The notes: a model not told the origin generated them from the sequence alone. A DNA stretch of 64,000 nt from an uncultured Verrucomicrobiae bacterium (GCA_963769025.1 CAVYKI010000009.1:256001-320000), one strand, 5' to 3'; counted from the stretch's first letter, positions 20,436 through 33,115 are shown. Numbers and translations are program-made.

Positions 20436-20909
20436 ATGATGCGCCACCTTATCCGCCTTTTGCCGTGCCTCCTTGTGGTTTTCGTGACCGGGTGTTCGAC
20501 GTATGGAAAACGATTTGCCGAGGCTTCGAAAATTCCCGCAAAGCCCGGGCATTTCGCCGGCGCCTACTCGGGGAGATGGATGAGCGCGAAGTCCCCCGGC
20601 TCGGGCGGAAACCTGCGGTGCATCCTCTCGCCGGTGAACGCCTCGGACTACCGTGCGGACTTTCACGCGACATGGCATGGCTTCGCGTCCGAGCACTCGG
20701 TGGTGATCCATACGAAACCGTCGGCACGCGGCAAGGCCGGCAGCCGGGACTTCGAGGGAACGAGCAAGGTGCGCACACCGATCGGTGCCGGGACGTACAC
20801 ATGCCGGGGCACCCTGAGTTTTCGTGAAATGCTGGCGGGCTACGACGCGACGTATGATCGTGGGACGTTTGAACTTGTCCGCATCGCGCCTGGGAGCGCG
20901 GGCCGCTGA
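20436..20909 (+). CDS. Hypothetical lipoprotein
   Basis: Lipobox VTGC after hydrophobic signal; beta-rich domain (YSGRW, YRADFHATW, DRGTFEL). Confidence 0.75.
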   Translation: MMRHLIRLLPCLLVVFVTGCSTYGKRFAEASKIPAKPGHFAGAYSGRWMSAKSPGSGGNLRCILSPVNASDYRADFHATWHGFASEHSVVIHTKPSARGKAGSRDFEGTSKVRTPIGAGTYTCRGTLSFREMLAGYDATYDRGTFELVRIAPGSAGR

Positions 20910-20952
20910 GTCTGCGGTTGACTCATCATTCGGCCAGCCCTACAGGGGCCGG

Positions 20953-21270
20953 ATGCTTTCCCGTCCCACCCTCACGATCGCGCTCGGCGCACTGGCTGTC
21001 CTCGGATTCAGCGCGTGCAAGACCGTTTACTCCGACACCTTCTCCTATCGGAAAAACTCGTTCAAGCCGCCGGTCGCGAAGGCTCCGGTAATCACGGAAC
21101 CAGTGGCCCCTCATGGGCTGGAGGGCGGTGGAATACCCGGTGGTATGCCGCCAGGCCTCGACGGAATGCCCGGCGCACCGATGCCCGATGCCGGAGGAAT
21201 CCCTGGAATCCCCGGCGCCGCACCCGAGGTGCCTGGTGCGCCGGCGGCGCCCGCCATTCCGGGCCTGTAG
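20953..21270 (+). CDS. Small lipoprotein with Pro/Gly-rich tail
   Basis: Lipobox FSAC; tail of xPG repeats. Confidence 0.7.
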   Translation: MLSRPTLTIALGALAVLGFSACKTVYSDTFSYRKNSFKPPVAKAPVITEPVAPHGLEGGGIPGGMPPGLDGMPGAPMPDAGGIPGIPGAAPEVPGAPAAPAIPGL

Positions 21271-21329
21271 CGATGCGGGTGAGCGCGGTGACGGAATGCC
21301 GCGCCCTTTCTTAATTTCGCAACCCGGTC

Positions 21330-23987
21330 GTGAGCAGCGAATCCAAGCCACCTGAACCGGTGACTGCCCCTGCAGAGGAGCAGCCGAGGGGTGAGATCGA
21401 GGCCGAGATGATGGTGTATATCGGTGACGAAAACGTCGCCAAGTTTTCGCTTCGCCACGGCGAATATATCATCGGCCGCGACCACGGCTGCCAGGTGAGC
21501 ATCGACGTGGAGGGAATATCTCGGCACCACGCTCGGCTGACTTTTCATGGCTACGAACTCGTCATCGAGGATCTCGGTTCGGCGAATGGCGTCTTCATCG
21601 AGGGTGTCCGCATTCAGCTCCCCACGCGCGTGCGGCCGGACCAGCAGATTGAAGTCGGCAGCGCGCGAATTTTTGTCCGGCTGAAGACGGAATCCTCGGA
21701 GATGTTCGCCGCCGCACTGTGGGATCCCGACCTCGGTCTCGCGCCGGTGCGCGCGGTGCTCGAAGGGAAGAAATACAAGGTGCTCGGCACCATCGGCCGC
21801 GGCGGGATGGGCGTGGTCCATCAGGCCCGCGATCTGCGCATCCTTCGCAATGTCGCGATGAAAGTCATCAAGACATCGAGCCAGTTTTCGAAGGAAAACG
21901 TTCTGCGTTTTGTGGATGAAGCGCAGCTCACCGGGCAGCTCCAGCACCCGAATATCATCCCCGTTTACGAACTGGGGCTCGATGAATACGGCGAGGTCTT
22001 CTACACGATGAAGTACGTGAAGGGCACGACGCTGGATCAGGTGTTGCGCCGGATTCGCGAGGGCGAGGAGCTCGCGATCAAGAAATTCCCGCTGGCGACG
22101 CTGCTTACGGTCTTCCAGAAGATGTGCGACGGCGTGGCCTACGCGCATTCCATGGGCGTCGTGCATCGCGACCTGAAGCCCGACAACGTGATGATCGGCG
22201 AATACGGTGAGGTTCTCGTGATGGACTGGGGCCTCGCAAAAAAAATGGCGAGCGGGATGCACGAAGAGCATCTCGGCGACACCAGGGCGCAGATGCCCCC
22301 GTCCGATCTCCGCGGCTTCGAGACGCTGAATGGGCTCATCGTCGGCACGCCGCCGTACATTTCGCCGGAGGCGGCGCGCGGCGAACTCGACCGGATCGAT
22401 CCGCGCAGCGACATCTTTGTCCTCGGCACGATTCTTTACGCCATCCTCACGCTGCGGCCACCGTACCCGGGCAAGGAGTTCGGCGAGCTCATCGAGCAGA
22501 TCGTGACGGGGCAATTCGCGCACCCGACGACTTACAGCCAGCCCGTCAGCCCGCTCAGGCCGTCCGATCCGCCGCCGCCGGGACCGGATGGAGTGAACTG
22601 CGTGCTCTCGCATCTGCCCGGCCGCCGGGTGCCCGAGGGCCTCGCCGCTATCGTGGTGAAGGCGATGGCGAACGAAATGGAACTCCGTTACCAGTCGGTC
22701 GCGGAACTGCAGGTGGACATTCTCGCGTGGCAGGGCGGCTTTGCCCCGAAGGCCGAGCGGGCGGGGATCGGCCGGCAACTCATCCTTTGGGGCGTGAGGC
22801 ACAAGGCAAACGTCCTCGTGTTCGGGGTTTTCTTCATCCTTCTGAACACGGCGCTCGTGGTGTTCGTGCTTTCGCTCAAGCACGAGCGCGATCGCGCCCG
22901 CGAGAGCGAACTGGCTGCGACTGCGAGCGCGAGCCAGCTTTCGCAGGCGCTCACCGACCTTCGTGGCGCCGCGCCGTTTTTCGTCGAGGAGGCAAAGGAA
23001 CTCGTGAAGAAAAAGGACCTCGATACCGCGCTCGCCCGGATCGATTCCGCGATTCGGCAGCTTCCAAACGAGGCGGACTATTACAATCTGCGGGGAAACA
23101 TCCTCCAGACGATGCTGCGGTGGGATGATGCCGTGGAGGCGTATGAGGAGGCGTTGGACCACAACGCGAAGCTGCCCTCGGCGAGGGAGAATCTCGCGCT
23201 CACGAAAAAGCTGATGGAGCCCGATGGTGCCAATCCCGAGGACCGTGAGCCGAGCACCGCGGATCTGAAGGCGCTCGAAGAAGCTCTCATCAAGCAAAAG
23301 CGCCTCGCCGAAGCCACGGTGCTTACGGACCGTTTTGGCCCCGACAAGCCGCTCGCGATCAAGCTTCTGCGGGAAGCGGTGGAGCAGGATCCGGAACTGA
23401 AGCCGCTGCGCGAATACTTGAAAGGACCCGCACTCCGCGGGCGCTTCCATCGCCTCGAGGACGGGACCTACAGCGCGAACCTGCGCAATCTTCCGCCCCC
23501 GATCTATCTGCCGCTGCTTCGCAGCCAAGTGGTCAGCGTGAGCGTGATCTTCCTGGAGGATCCGAACTTCTCGGATCTCTCCGTCTTTCAGGGGATGAAG
23601 CTGCGCGAACTCTGGCTCGCGGGGTGCACGCGTGTGAGCGATCTGACGCCACTGCGCGACATGCAGTTAAAGGTGCTCAACCTGAACAGGACCGGCGTCA
23701 GCGACCTCTCGCCGTTGGTCGGCATGCCGCTCGTGGATCTCAGTCTCGATGGCTGCACAAAGATCAACGACTTGAAGCCGCTCGTCGAGTGCCGTTCGCT
23801 CGAAAAACTTGTGCTGCCGCGAAACGCGAAGGGCATCGAGTTTCTCCGCAATCACCCAAAACTCAAATTCCTAAGCGCCAAGGGACTCAGCGAGCCGGTC
23901 GCGGAGTTCTGGGCCGACTACGACAAGCGCCGCACTGACAAAGGCAAGCTGCCGGAAAAGCCCGACAAGGAGCAGCCGAAGAAGTAG
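21330..23987 (+). CDS. Ser/Thr protein kinase with N-terminal FHA, TM helix, TPR and leucine-rich repeats
   Basis: FHA (IGR..ISRHHA..DLGSANG); IGRGGMG, VAMK, HRDLKPDN, DWG, GTPPYISPE; TM VLVFGVFFILLNTALVVFVL; TPR; LRR units (VSDLTPL, VSDLSPL, INDLKPL). Confidence 0.92.
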   Translation: MSSESKPPEPVTAPAEEQPRGEIEAEMMVYIGDENVAKFSLRHGEYIIGRDHGCQVSIDVEGISRHHARLTFHGYELVIEDLGSANGVFIEGVRIQLPTRVRPDQQIEVGSARIFVRLKTESSEMFAAALWDPDLGLAPVRAVLEGKKYKVLGTIGRGGMGVVHQARDLRILRNVAMKVIKTSSQFSKENVLRFVDEAQLTGQLQHPNIIPVYELGLDEYGEVFYTMKYVKGTTLDQVLRRIREGEELAIKKFPLATLLTVFQKMCDGVAYAHSMGVVHRDLKPDNVMIGEYGEVLVMDWGLAKKMASGMHEEHLGDTRAQMPPSDLRGFETLNGLIVGTPPYISPEAARGELDRIDPRSDIFVLGTILYAILTLRPPYPGKEFGELIEQIVTGQFAHPTTYSQPVSPLRPSDPPPPGPDGVNCVLSHLPGRRVPEGLAAIVVKAMANEMELRYQSVAELQVDILAWQGGFAPKAERAGIGRQLILWGVRHKANVLVFGVFFILLNTALVVFVLSLKHERDRARESELAATASASQLSQALTDLRGAAPFFVEEAKELVKKKDLDTALARIDSAIRQLPNEADYYNLRGNILQTMLRWDDAVEAYEEALDHNAKLPSARENLALTKKLMEPDGANPEDREPSTADLKALEEALIKQKRLAEATVLTDRFGPDKPLAIKLLREAVEQDPELKPLREYLKGPALRGRFHRLEDGTYSANLRNLPPPIYLPLLRSQVVSVSVIFLEDPNFSDLSVFQGMKLRELWLAGCTRVSDLTPLRDMQLKVLNLNRTGVSDLSPLVGMPLVDLSLDGCTKINDLKPLVECRSLEKLVLPRNAKGIEFLRNHPKLKFLSAKGLSEPVAEFWADYDKRRTDKGKLPEKPDKEQPKK

Positions 23988-24044
23988 GAAACCGGGGGAA
24001 CGGGTGCCGGGGAGTGGCGTTTCGAAACTTCCCGCCGCTGCCCT

Positions 24045-24072
24045 TTGACAGCACGGCCTGCGTGGCTACGCT
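24045..24072 (+). promoter_or_regulatory. Sigma70-type promoter
   Basis: TTGACA-16 nt-TACGCT upstream of ORF 24092. Confidence 0.55.
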
Positions 24073-24091
24073 GAGGAAGCTCGTCTCTCCA

Positions 24092-24415
24092 ATGCGCAAC
24101 CTGAGTCCGATATCCGGCAGCGAACCTCCTGAAGTGCGTCTTCAGCGGGAAGGCATCTCCGAGACGTGCGGGTGTCTTAGATTCGAGACGCACGGCGCGG
24201 TCTTCAATTCGCCATGCAAACTGGAACTGATGTCCGTGCTCGTGGTCTGTTTCGAATGGCGCCGCGCAGGATGCGGGTGCAGCCGGATGAATCGTGAGGG
24301 AACGGTTGTCGGTTGCACGGAAGCCGCAGACGGCGGCTTCGAGACGACGGTGCTTTTTCTGCCCCACGAGGAGTGCTGCGAAACGGCCCCGGCCTTCACC
24401 CACCTGCAAAACTAG
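24092..24415 (+). CDS. Hypothetical Cys-rich protein (possibly PilZ-like beta fold)
   Basis: 107-aa ORF with promoter; 9 Cys; C-terminal EGTVVGC...FETTVLF. Confidence 0.55.
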   Translation: MRNLSPISGSEPPEVRLQREGISETCGCLRFETHGAVFNSPCKLELMSVLVVCFEWRRAGCGCSRMNREGTVVGCTEAADGGFETTVLFLPHEECCETAPAFTHLQN

Positions 24416-24453
24416 GACCGCAGTGCGCCAGCGTGAATCGCGGGGCGGGGGAG

Positions 24454-24528
24454 TGGTGCCAGGGGGGAGGATTGAACTCCCGACCTAGGGCTTATGAGTC
24501 CCCCGCTCTACCACTGAGCTACCCTGGC
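24454..24528 (-). tRNA. tRNA with CAT anticodon (elongator Met or Ile2; not initiator)
   Basis: GCCAGGG TA GCTC AGTGGTA GAGC G GGGGA CTCATAA GCCCT AGGTC GGGAG TTCAATC CTCCC CCCTGGC A CCA; paired G1-C72. Confidence 0.93.
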
Positions 24529-24610
24529 GTAACGTTTCGGGCCGCGGAAATTAGCGGCTCCGCCTTGCGTGGCAAGTGCGGAGTTCTTCAACTTTTTCCC
24601 GCAGGAATTC

Positions 24611-25558
24611 TTACTTCGCCGGCGGCGTGGCCGCGCCCTTGGCGATCATTTCCTTCACGCGCTCCTCGATGGCCGCGGCCTGCTTGCCTTCCTCGGAAGC
24701 GGCGTCGAGCGCCTTCACTTCGCCCATGAGCTTGACGACGGTTTCATTATCACCCGGCGGGCGGTAGATCTGGAGCAGCGAAAGCAGCGCGATCTGCTTC
24801 TGATTCGCAGTCAGCTTTGGGTGCGAGGCGATGAATTCATCCGCCTTCTTGCGGGCCGCGGCCGGCCCGTCTTTCCCGGCAACCGTCCCGATCTCGCCTT
24901 GCAGCGTGGCCATGTCGGCCTTGAATCCCATGGCCGAGCCCACGCCGGTCTCGTCCTTCGGGTCGAGCGCGGTGATTTCGGCGATGACCTTCGAGTAGTG
25001 CTGCGCCGCGAGTTCGTCGCTCAGCACCTTCAACCCCGCCGCGAGAAATTTCGCCTTTTCCACGCCCTGCGCGCCTTCGGCCTTTTTCCACGCCTCGTCG
25101 CGCTTGGTTTTGATGGCGCGGAGTTCTTCGAGGTGCGGCAGATACTTTTCGGGTCCGCCGGGTTGGTAGCCGGTCTGCGCGTACGGACGGCCCTGCGCGT
25201 CGGTGAGGACGATGCTCGGGAATCCCTGAATGCCGAACTGCTGCTGGAGCTTTGCGTTTTGCTCCTGCGTCTCCTTGCTCAGTTTGGTCTTGTTCTGCGG
25301 AAAATCGAGTTCGACCAGGATGAAGTTCTTCGGTGCCGCAGCCTTGAACGCATCGAGATCAAACACCTCCTTGCGCAGCTTGATGCACCAGCCGCACCAG
25401 TCCGAGCCGGTGAAATCGAGCAGCAGGTCCTTGCCTTCCGCCGCTGCGGTTTGCTTCGCCTTTTCAAAATCGGTGACCCACAGGTCTCCGGCGGCAAACG
25501 TGGATACGGTGAGGGTCCACGCGAGCGTGGCGGCGGCGGTGAGGGATGCGAAACGCAT
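24611..25558 (-). CDS. Secreted thioredoxin-family protein
   Basis: Signal peptide; FTGSDWCGWC; GFPS cis-Pro loop; helical C-terminal extension. Confidence 0.9.
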   Translation of the reverse strand: MRFASLTAAATLAWTLTVSTFAAGDLWVTDFEKAKQTAAAEGKDLLLDFTGSDWCGWCIKLRKEVFDLDAFKAAAPKNFILVELDFPQNKTKLSKETQEQNAKLQQQFGIQGFPSIVLTDAQGRPYAQTGYQPGGPEKYLPHLEELRAIKTKRDEAWKKAEGAQGVEKAKFLAAGLKVLSDELAAQHYSKVIAEITALDPKDETGVGSAMGFKADMATLQGEIGTVAGKDGPAAARKKADEFIASHPKLTANQKQIALLSLLQIYRPPGDNETVVKLMGEVKALDAASEEGKQAAAIEERVKEMIAKGAATPPAK

Positions 25559-25641
25559 AAGGACGCCTCGATAGCCGTTGTCCGGCGATGCTCAACAAAT
25601 AACGGAGAGTTTCTTTTCGTGCCATCGTCGGGCTGCGCGCC

Positions 25642-25670
25642 TTGACTCGCACTTCGTCCGGCCCTATCCT
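25642..25670 (+). promoter_or_regulatory. Sigma70-type promoter of riboswitch-thiC
   Basis: TTGACT-17 nt-TATCCT directly before the riboswitch. Confidence 0.6.
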
Positions 25671-25682
25671 CGGCCGCAACCA

Positions 25683-25765
25683 ACGCAGGGGAGCCGGCTG
25701 GCTGAGACGCGCGAAAGCGCGAACCCTTTGAACCTGATGCGGGTAATTCCGCCGAAGGGAGCAAA
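25683..25765 (+). ncRNA. TPP riboswitch (THI element)
   Basis: GGGGAGC..GCTGAGA...ACCC..GAACCTGAT.CGGGTAATTCCGCCGAAGGGAG consensus, upstream of thiC. Confidence 0.95.
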
Positions 25766-25769
25766 GCTC

Positions 25770-25807
25770 AGCCGTGCCGCGACTTCGCCGCACGGCTTTT
25801 TCATTTT
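25770..25807 (+). terminator. Riboswitch-associated intrinsic terminator (attenuator)
   Basis: AGCCGTGC...GCACGGCT stem followed by TTTTCATTTT, before the thiC ATG. Confidence 0.7.
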
Positions 25808-25819
25808 CCATCTCCATCC

Positions 25820-27786
<1,967 letters not shown>

Positions 27787-28030
27787 ACCATAAGTCAGTC
27801 GTAAAATGAAGCATGGAACTCAGGAGATTTGGAGCCGACTTAGGCGTACGCCGCCCAAGCCGCGCTTTGAGGCTGAGCAGCAGTTTGCGCCAGCTCGTCG
27901 CGCTCTTGCTCCACTCGATTCACTGCGCTGGCAGGGCTCTGAAAGCTGAAGAAATCGCGGGGCCAAAAATCATTCGCAATCCGGCAAGGCGGTTCTAGCC
28001 TTTGGGTGAATACAAACAGGAGGTTGGATC

Positions 28031-29731
28031 ATGAAAGCACTGCTCCCGATCATTCTAGCAAGCGCGGTGGCGATTTCGGGCGGCGACTGCGGGGCCGCCG
28101 CCGAGGAGAAACCGGAGAAGGCTTCCGTAAAACTTTCCGCCGGCGATTTGCGCAGAAGCGGAACCATCCGGTTCGACGTGAACTGCGCGCCGGAGGTGAA
28201 GGAGGATTTTCTCAACGCCCTCGCGCTGCTCCATTCGTTTTTCTACGACGAGGCGCAGAGCCGTTTCCAGGCCATCACGAAGCGCGATCCGGCTTGCGCC
28301 ATGGCGTGGTGGGGCGTGGCGATGACATGCTATCATCCGCTCTGGGCGCCGCCGACTGCGGAGGAGTTTGAAAAGGGCCGCGCAGCCGCGCTGACGGCAA
28401 AAAAGATGGGCGGCCGGACCGAACTTGAACGCGGCCTCATTGACGCGGTCGTCGCGTATTTCGAGACTGCGCTGGCCTCCGGGCCGGCGGGGCCTGTCTC
28501 GCAAAGCTGCCACGGGCCGCGGCAGCAGAGCACCCGGGCGATGGCCTTCAAGAACTCCCTCGAACGTCTGCGCCAGCAGCATCCCGATGAAGTGGAGGTG
28601 AGCGTCTTCTACGCCCTCTCGCTGCTCGGCACGGCGCTGCCCTCCGACAAGACTTATGCGAACCAGCTCCAAGCCACGGCGATCCTCGAGCCGCTGTTTG
28701 AAAAGCACCCGGATCATCCCGGCATCGCGCATTACATCATTCACGCCTATGACTACGCGGCGCTCGCTCCGCGCGGATTGAATGCGGCACGCCGCTACGG
28801 TGAAATCGCGCCGTGGGTGCCGCATGCGCTCCACATGCCTTCGCACATCTACACGCGGCTCGGGATGTGGAAGGAATCGATCGCTTCGAACCTCGCCTCC
28901 GTCACGGCCGCGCGCGAATGGTCCGCGCGCACCAAGGGCGGCGCCGCAGTGATGGACGACATCCACGGGCTCGACTACCTCGTCTTTGCCTATCTCCAGA
29001 CCGGCCGCGACCGGGAAGCCGGCGAGATCGTCGGGCACCTGGCGAAGGTCGAGAAGTTTGATCAGGAGGGAAATTTCGCCGTCGGCTACGCGGTGGGCGC
29101 GATCCCGGCGCGCTGGACGCTCGAGCGCAAGCGCTGGACGGAGGCGGCGGAGCTGCCCGTCTGGCACATGAACGTGCTCCGGCATTTCCCGGTCGGGGAG
29201 GTTCACATCCAGTTCGCACGGGCCATGGGTGCGGCGCGCAGTGGGAAAATCGAAGCCGCGGAGGCGGCCATCGCGCGGATCGATCAGCTCCGTGCTGCGC
29301 TCAAGGAGGCCAATTCACAATGGTGGCTGGACCAGGCGGAAATCCAGCGGATCTCCGCCGCCGGCTGGCTGGCGCGGGCGAAGGGCGACGGAGCGGAGGC
29401 CGAAAAGTTCCTGCGGTCCGCCGCCGAACTGGAGGATCGCATGGGCGGTCATCCGGTTACGCCGGGCCAGGTCCTGCCTGCACGCGAGCAACTCGGCGAT
29501 CTGCTCGCGGAATTGGGCCGCCCTGCCGATGCGCTCGCGGAGTTCGAGAACTCGCTGAAGAACTATCCCAACCGATTCAACTCACACTTCGGCGCCGGTC
29601 GTGCGGCGGCGCAGTGCGGGAAACCGGACATCGCCCGGGTTCACTACCAGCATGCCATCGACCTGGCCGGAAAAGGCGACGGCCGGCGCGAGGAACTGGC
29701 CGCGGCCCGCGCATTTCTCGCGCAGCGCTGA
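28031..29731 (+). CDS. Secreted TPR-repeat protein with His-rich motifs
   Basis: SD GGAGG; signal peptide; [46 protein letters not shown]. Confidence 0.8.
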   Translation: MKALLPIILASAVAISGGDCGAAAEEKPEKASVKLSAGDLRRSGTIRFDVNCAPEVKEDFLNALALLHSFFYDEAQSRFQAITKRDPACAMAWWGVAMTCYHPLWAPPTAEEFEKGRAAALTAKKMGGRTELERGLIDAVVAYFETALASGPAGPVSQSCHGPRQQSTRAMAFKNSLERLRQQHPDEVEVSVFYALSLLGTALPSDKTYANQLQATAILEPLFEKHPDHPGIAHYIIHAYDYAALAPRGLNAARRYGEIAPWVPHALHMPSHIYTRLGMWKESIASNLASVTAAREWSARTKGGAAVMDDIHGLDYLVFAYLQTGRDREAGEIVGHLAKVEKFDQEGNFAVGYAVGAIPARWTLERKRWTEAAELPVWHMNVLRHFPVGEVHIQFARAMGAARSGKIEAAEAAIARIDQLRAALKEANSQWWLDQAEIQRISAAGWLARAKGDGAEAEKFLRSAAELEDRMGGHPVTPGQVLPAREQLGDLLAELGRPADALAEFENSLKNYPNRFNSHFGAGRAAAQCGKPDIARVHYQHAIDLAGKGDGRREELAAARAFLAQR

Positions 29732-29773
29732 CAGGCCTTACGGCGCGCGTCCACGCGAGGCCCGCTGCTCCGC

Positions 29774-31162
29774 TCAGAGGCTGGCGGTCATCTCCTTGAT
29801 CTGCTTGGTCGCGATGCCAATGGGCCGGTCCAGCGGAACGCCGGCGCAGGCGAGGAGCGTGGTGAGCAGGTCGCCTTGATTGCCTTTGGTGTCGGCCAGG
29901 AAGCGTCCCGTGTTGATGCGAGCCGCCGCCCTTGCCGGCGATGATGAAGGGCAGGTTTTCGCGGGCGTGCTTGTTGCCGTCCTCGAGGCCGGAGCCCCAC
30001 ATCATGATGCAGTTGTCGAGCAGGGTGCCGTCGCCTTCGCGCAGGCTGGCCATCTTCTTCACCATGTAGGCGAACTGGGCGATGTTGAAGGCGGTGATCG
30101 CGGCGACTTTGCCGACCTTCTCGGCCTCGTTGTTGTGATGGGTCTGGGAGTGATGCTCGTCCGTGAACCCGAGTTCCGGATAGGAAACGCCGTTCGGCGT
30201 GGAGCCGATGTAGGTGCTGACGCGCGTCGTGTCGGTCTGGAAGGCGAGCACGTTGAGGTCGCACATCACCTGCATGTATTCGCTGCGCTTGTCGCCCTCG
30301 GGAATCTTGATCTCGATCGGCGGCGAATCCGACGCGTTGCGTTTGCTCGACGCTGACGCCGGCCTTCTCCAGCGCCGCTTCCTTCTGGCGGTACTCGATG
30401 GCGGCGATGCGGCGTTCCACGGCGCGCACGCTGTCGAGGTATTCATCGAGCTTGTGCTGGTCGTCCTGGGGCAGCCTCCGGCGCAGGTCCCTGGCGCCGC
30501 CGAGGACCAGGTCGAGCATCTGCCGATCGAGCGGGTCCGCCTGGCGACGCTGTCCGGGCTTGATCGGACTTGCCGAAGAGCCGGTTCAGCACGCTGCGCG
30601 GATTGATCTCGGCGGGGACGGCCTGCGTGGGCGAGCGGAAGCTGCAGTGCGAGTAGTACCCCTCGTTCAGCCCCTCCTGGTTTTCCTTGTGCGTCTGCGG
30701 CATCGTGGCCAGTTCCAGCGACGGCAGCGAGGTGAAGCCGCCCACGTAATTGGCGGCGATCTGGTCCGCGGAGATCGCGATGTTGATCTGGTTGCGCTTG
30801 TCCGCATCCGGCAGCTGCGCCGTGAGCCAGGTCGAGAGTTCGAGCGCGTGCGGCGCGCCATTGAAGGGCGAGATCGGCACGCCCGAGATGCCCTTCATCA
30901 GCAGACACTGATCGAGCACGGGCCGCAGCGATTCCAGCGCCGGCGGCGGCGCCGACAGGAAGCTCTCCGCGATTCGTCGGGCCAGAACTGATCCATGATC
31001 ACGCCGTGCGGCATGTACATGAAGCCGAGGCGCACCGGCGGCTTGACCGCCTTGCCCTTGGCCGGCGTCCGCCCAGCCCATGGTTTCCAAAAGCGGCAGC
31101 GCGAGCGAGGCTCCGATCCCTTTCAGGCAGGTGCGGCGATTGATGAGGAAGTTATTTTCCAT
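29774..31162 (-). CDS. DUF1552-domain protein (Tat-like signal), frameshifted
   Basis: [62 protein letters not shown]. Confidence 0.85.
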
Positions 31163-33115
31163 TGGATGAGGAGGTCGACTTGGTTCTTGGACGCGGCGAT
31201 TGACGAAAGGATAGCTGGTGACGATCTCGGTGATGAGCGTCTGCATGCGGTAGCCATCCTTGGCGATGGTCTCCATCAGATGATCGACCACGATTTCGTC
31301 GTAGCCTTCGAGCTGGCGGCACAGGGCATAGGCCAGCAGCTTCTCCGTCAGGTTGCGCGCAAGGTCATCCTTTCGCGCGGCGATGATGGCTTTCAGTTCC
31401 TTGGGCGATGCGAAGCGCTTTCCACCCGGCAGCTCGCCCGCCGCGTCGATCGCCCCGCCGGTGTCGTCCTGGTCGCGCCAGCGCCCGATGGCATCGAAAT
31501 TCTCCAGGCCGAAGCCGATCGGATCGAGAATCTTGTGGCAGTTGGCGCAGACGGCATTCGTGCGGTGCAGTTCCGTGCGCTGGCGCAGGGTCAGATTCGC
31601 GACCGTCTTCTTGTCCTGCTTTTCCAGGGCCGGAACGTTCGGCGGCGCCGGCGGCACATGTTCGCCGAGCACTTGTTCGAGCACCCACACGCCGCGTTTG
31701 ACGGGGCTGGTGCGGTTGGGAAACGAGGTCGTCGCCAGAATGCCGGGCATGCCCAGGATGCCGCCGCGATTGGCATCGGTCAGCTTCACCTTGCGCATCT
31801 CCGGGCCGGTGACGGTTTTTTCCAGGCCGTAGAGCGTGGCGAGCGTCCCGTTGAGGAACGTGTAATCGCTGTCCACGAAACTGACGACGCTCCGGTTTTC
31901 GCGCACGATGCTTTCGAAGAACAGCCGCGCCTCGTCATACATCGCCGCGCGCATCTCGGCGGTCATCTGCGGGAATTTGGCGGTGTCGAAGGTCTTGGTC
32001 TTCAAGCTCGCCCAGCCCCAGCCACTGCGCGCCAAAACCATCGAACAACGCCCGCGAACGCGGATCCGCGAGCAGGCGCTTCACCTGCGCCTTGAGCACG
32101 GCCGGCTCGTGGAGCTTCCCGCCGTCGGCCAGCGCCGACAGCTCCGCATCGGGCATCGTGGCCCAGAGCAGATACGAGAGGCGCGACGCGAGTTGATAGT
32201 CATCCAGCGGAACGATCGTCTGGCCCGCTTCGGCTTCCTCGGCCGGCGTGATGAAGAGGAACTGCGGCGAAACGAGGACCGCCTTGAGCATCAGGCGCAG
32301 CGCCGCCGGGTAGGCGAGCTTGTTTTGCGCGCGCCAGATCGAAGACTCCCAGCAGGACATCCAGCTTCCGCCTCCGACGGCGGCCGGCGATAGGCGTTCC
32401 GGGCCAGCGAGCGCGCGACCTTTCTCGCCGCCGCGCGGACGATCCGCGCCCGGCGCTGGCGGTCTCGCCGAAGAGCCGCTTTTGCACCTCCGTCGGCGGC
32501 GCATCCTTCGGGCGCCAGAATCCGGTCCAGCACCTCATTGGCGATCGCCGAGATACTGCTCCGACTGGAGCGGCGACAGCGTGTTCAGATACCCCTCGCC
32601 GAACACTTCATCCGGCAGCTCCTGCGGCGACCGCCGGATCGACGCCGAAGAGATCATGCAGCGTGTTGCCGTACTCCACCTTGGTCAGCCGGCGGATGAC
32701 AAACGGCCCCGGATCCTTCGGGCTGAGAAACTTGATCTTGCCGATCCAGTCCACGAAACTTCTGCCGCTCCTCATCCGTCGGCTGCTTGTCCGCGTCTTC
32801 CGGCGGCATGTCGTGGGCCTTCACGTTGGCGAGCGCCTGCTTCCACTGCTTGCGGAAGGCCGCGCTTCCGGGTTCCTTGAACGCGATTTGGTAATTGATC
32901 CCACCCTTTCGCTTCTTATGTCCGTGACATTGCGTGCAGTAGGTTCCGACAAAGGGAATGACGTCTTCGCGAAAGGATTTTTGCGCATCGGCCTGAAGCT
33001 TCCCAAAGTCCCCGTCATCAGTCGGCGCAGCCTGGCTGGGCGCGGCCAATGCGATCGCGCAGCCGGCGAGGATCATCGCCATCACGGCACTGCGAAAATT
33101 TCCGGCGGTTGTCAT
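31152..33115 (-). CDS. DUF1592/DUF1588/DUF1585-domain cytochrome c-like protein, frameshifted
   Basis: CTQCH and CANCH heme motifs; [42 protein letters not shown]. Confidence 0.85.

Noticed and set aside
24415..24540. tRNA as integration site
   Set aside because: No integrase and no duplicated tRNA 3' end seen by eye.
30443..32041. Apparent DUF1592-DUF1552 fusion
   Set aside because: An indel near 31180 hides the likely stop (SSSNGK*); DUF1552 has its own Tat-like start.
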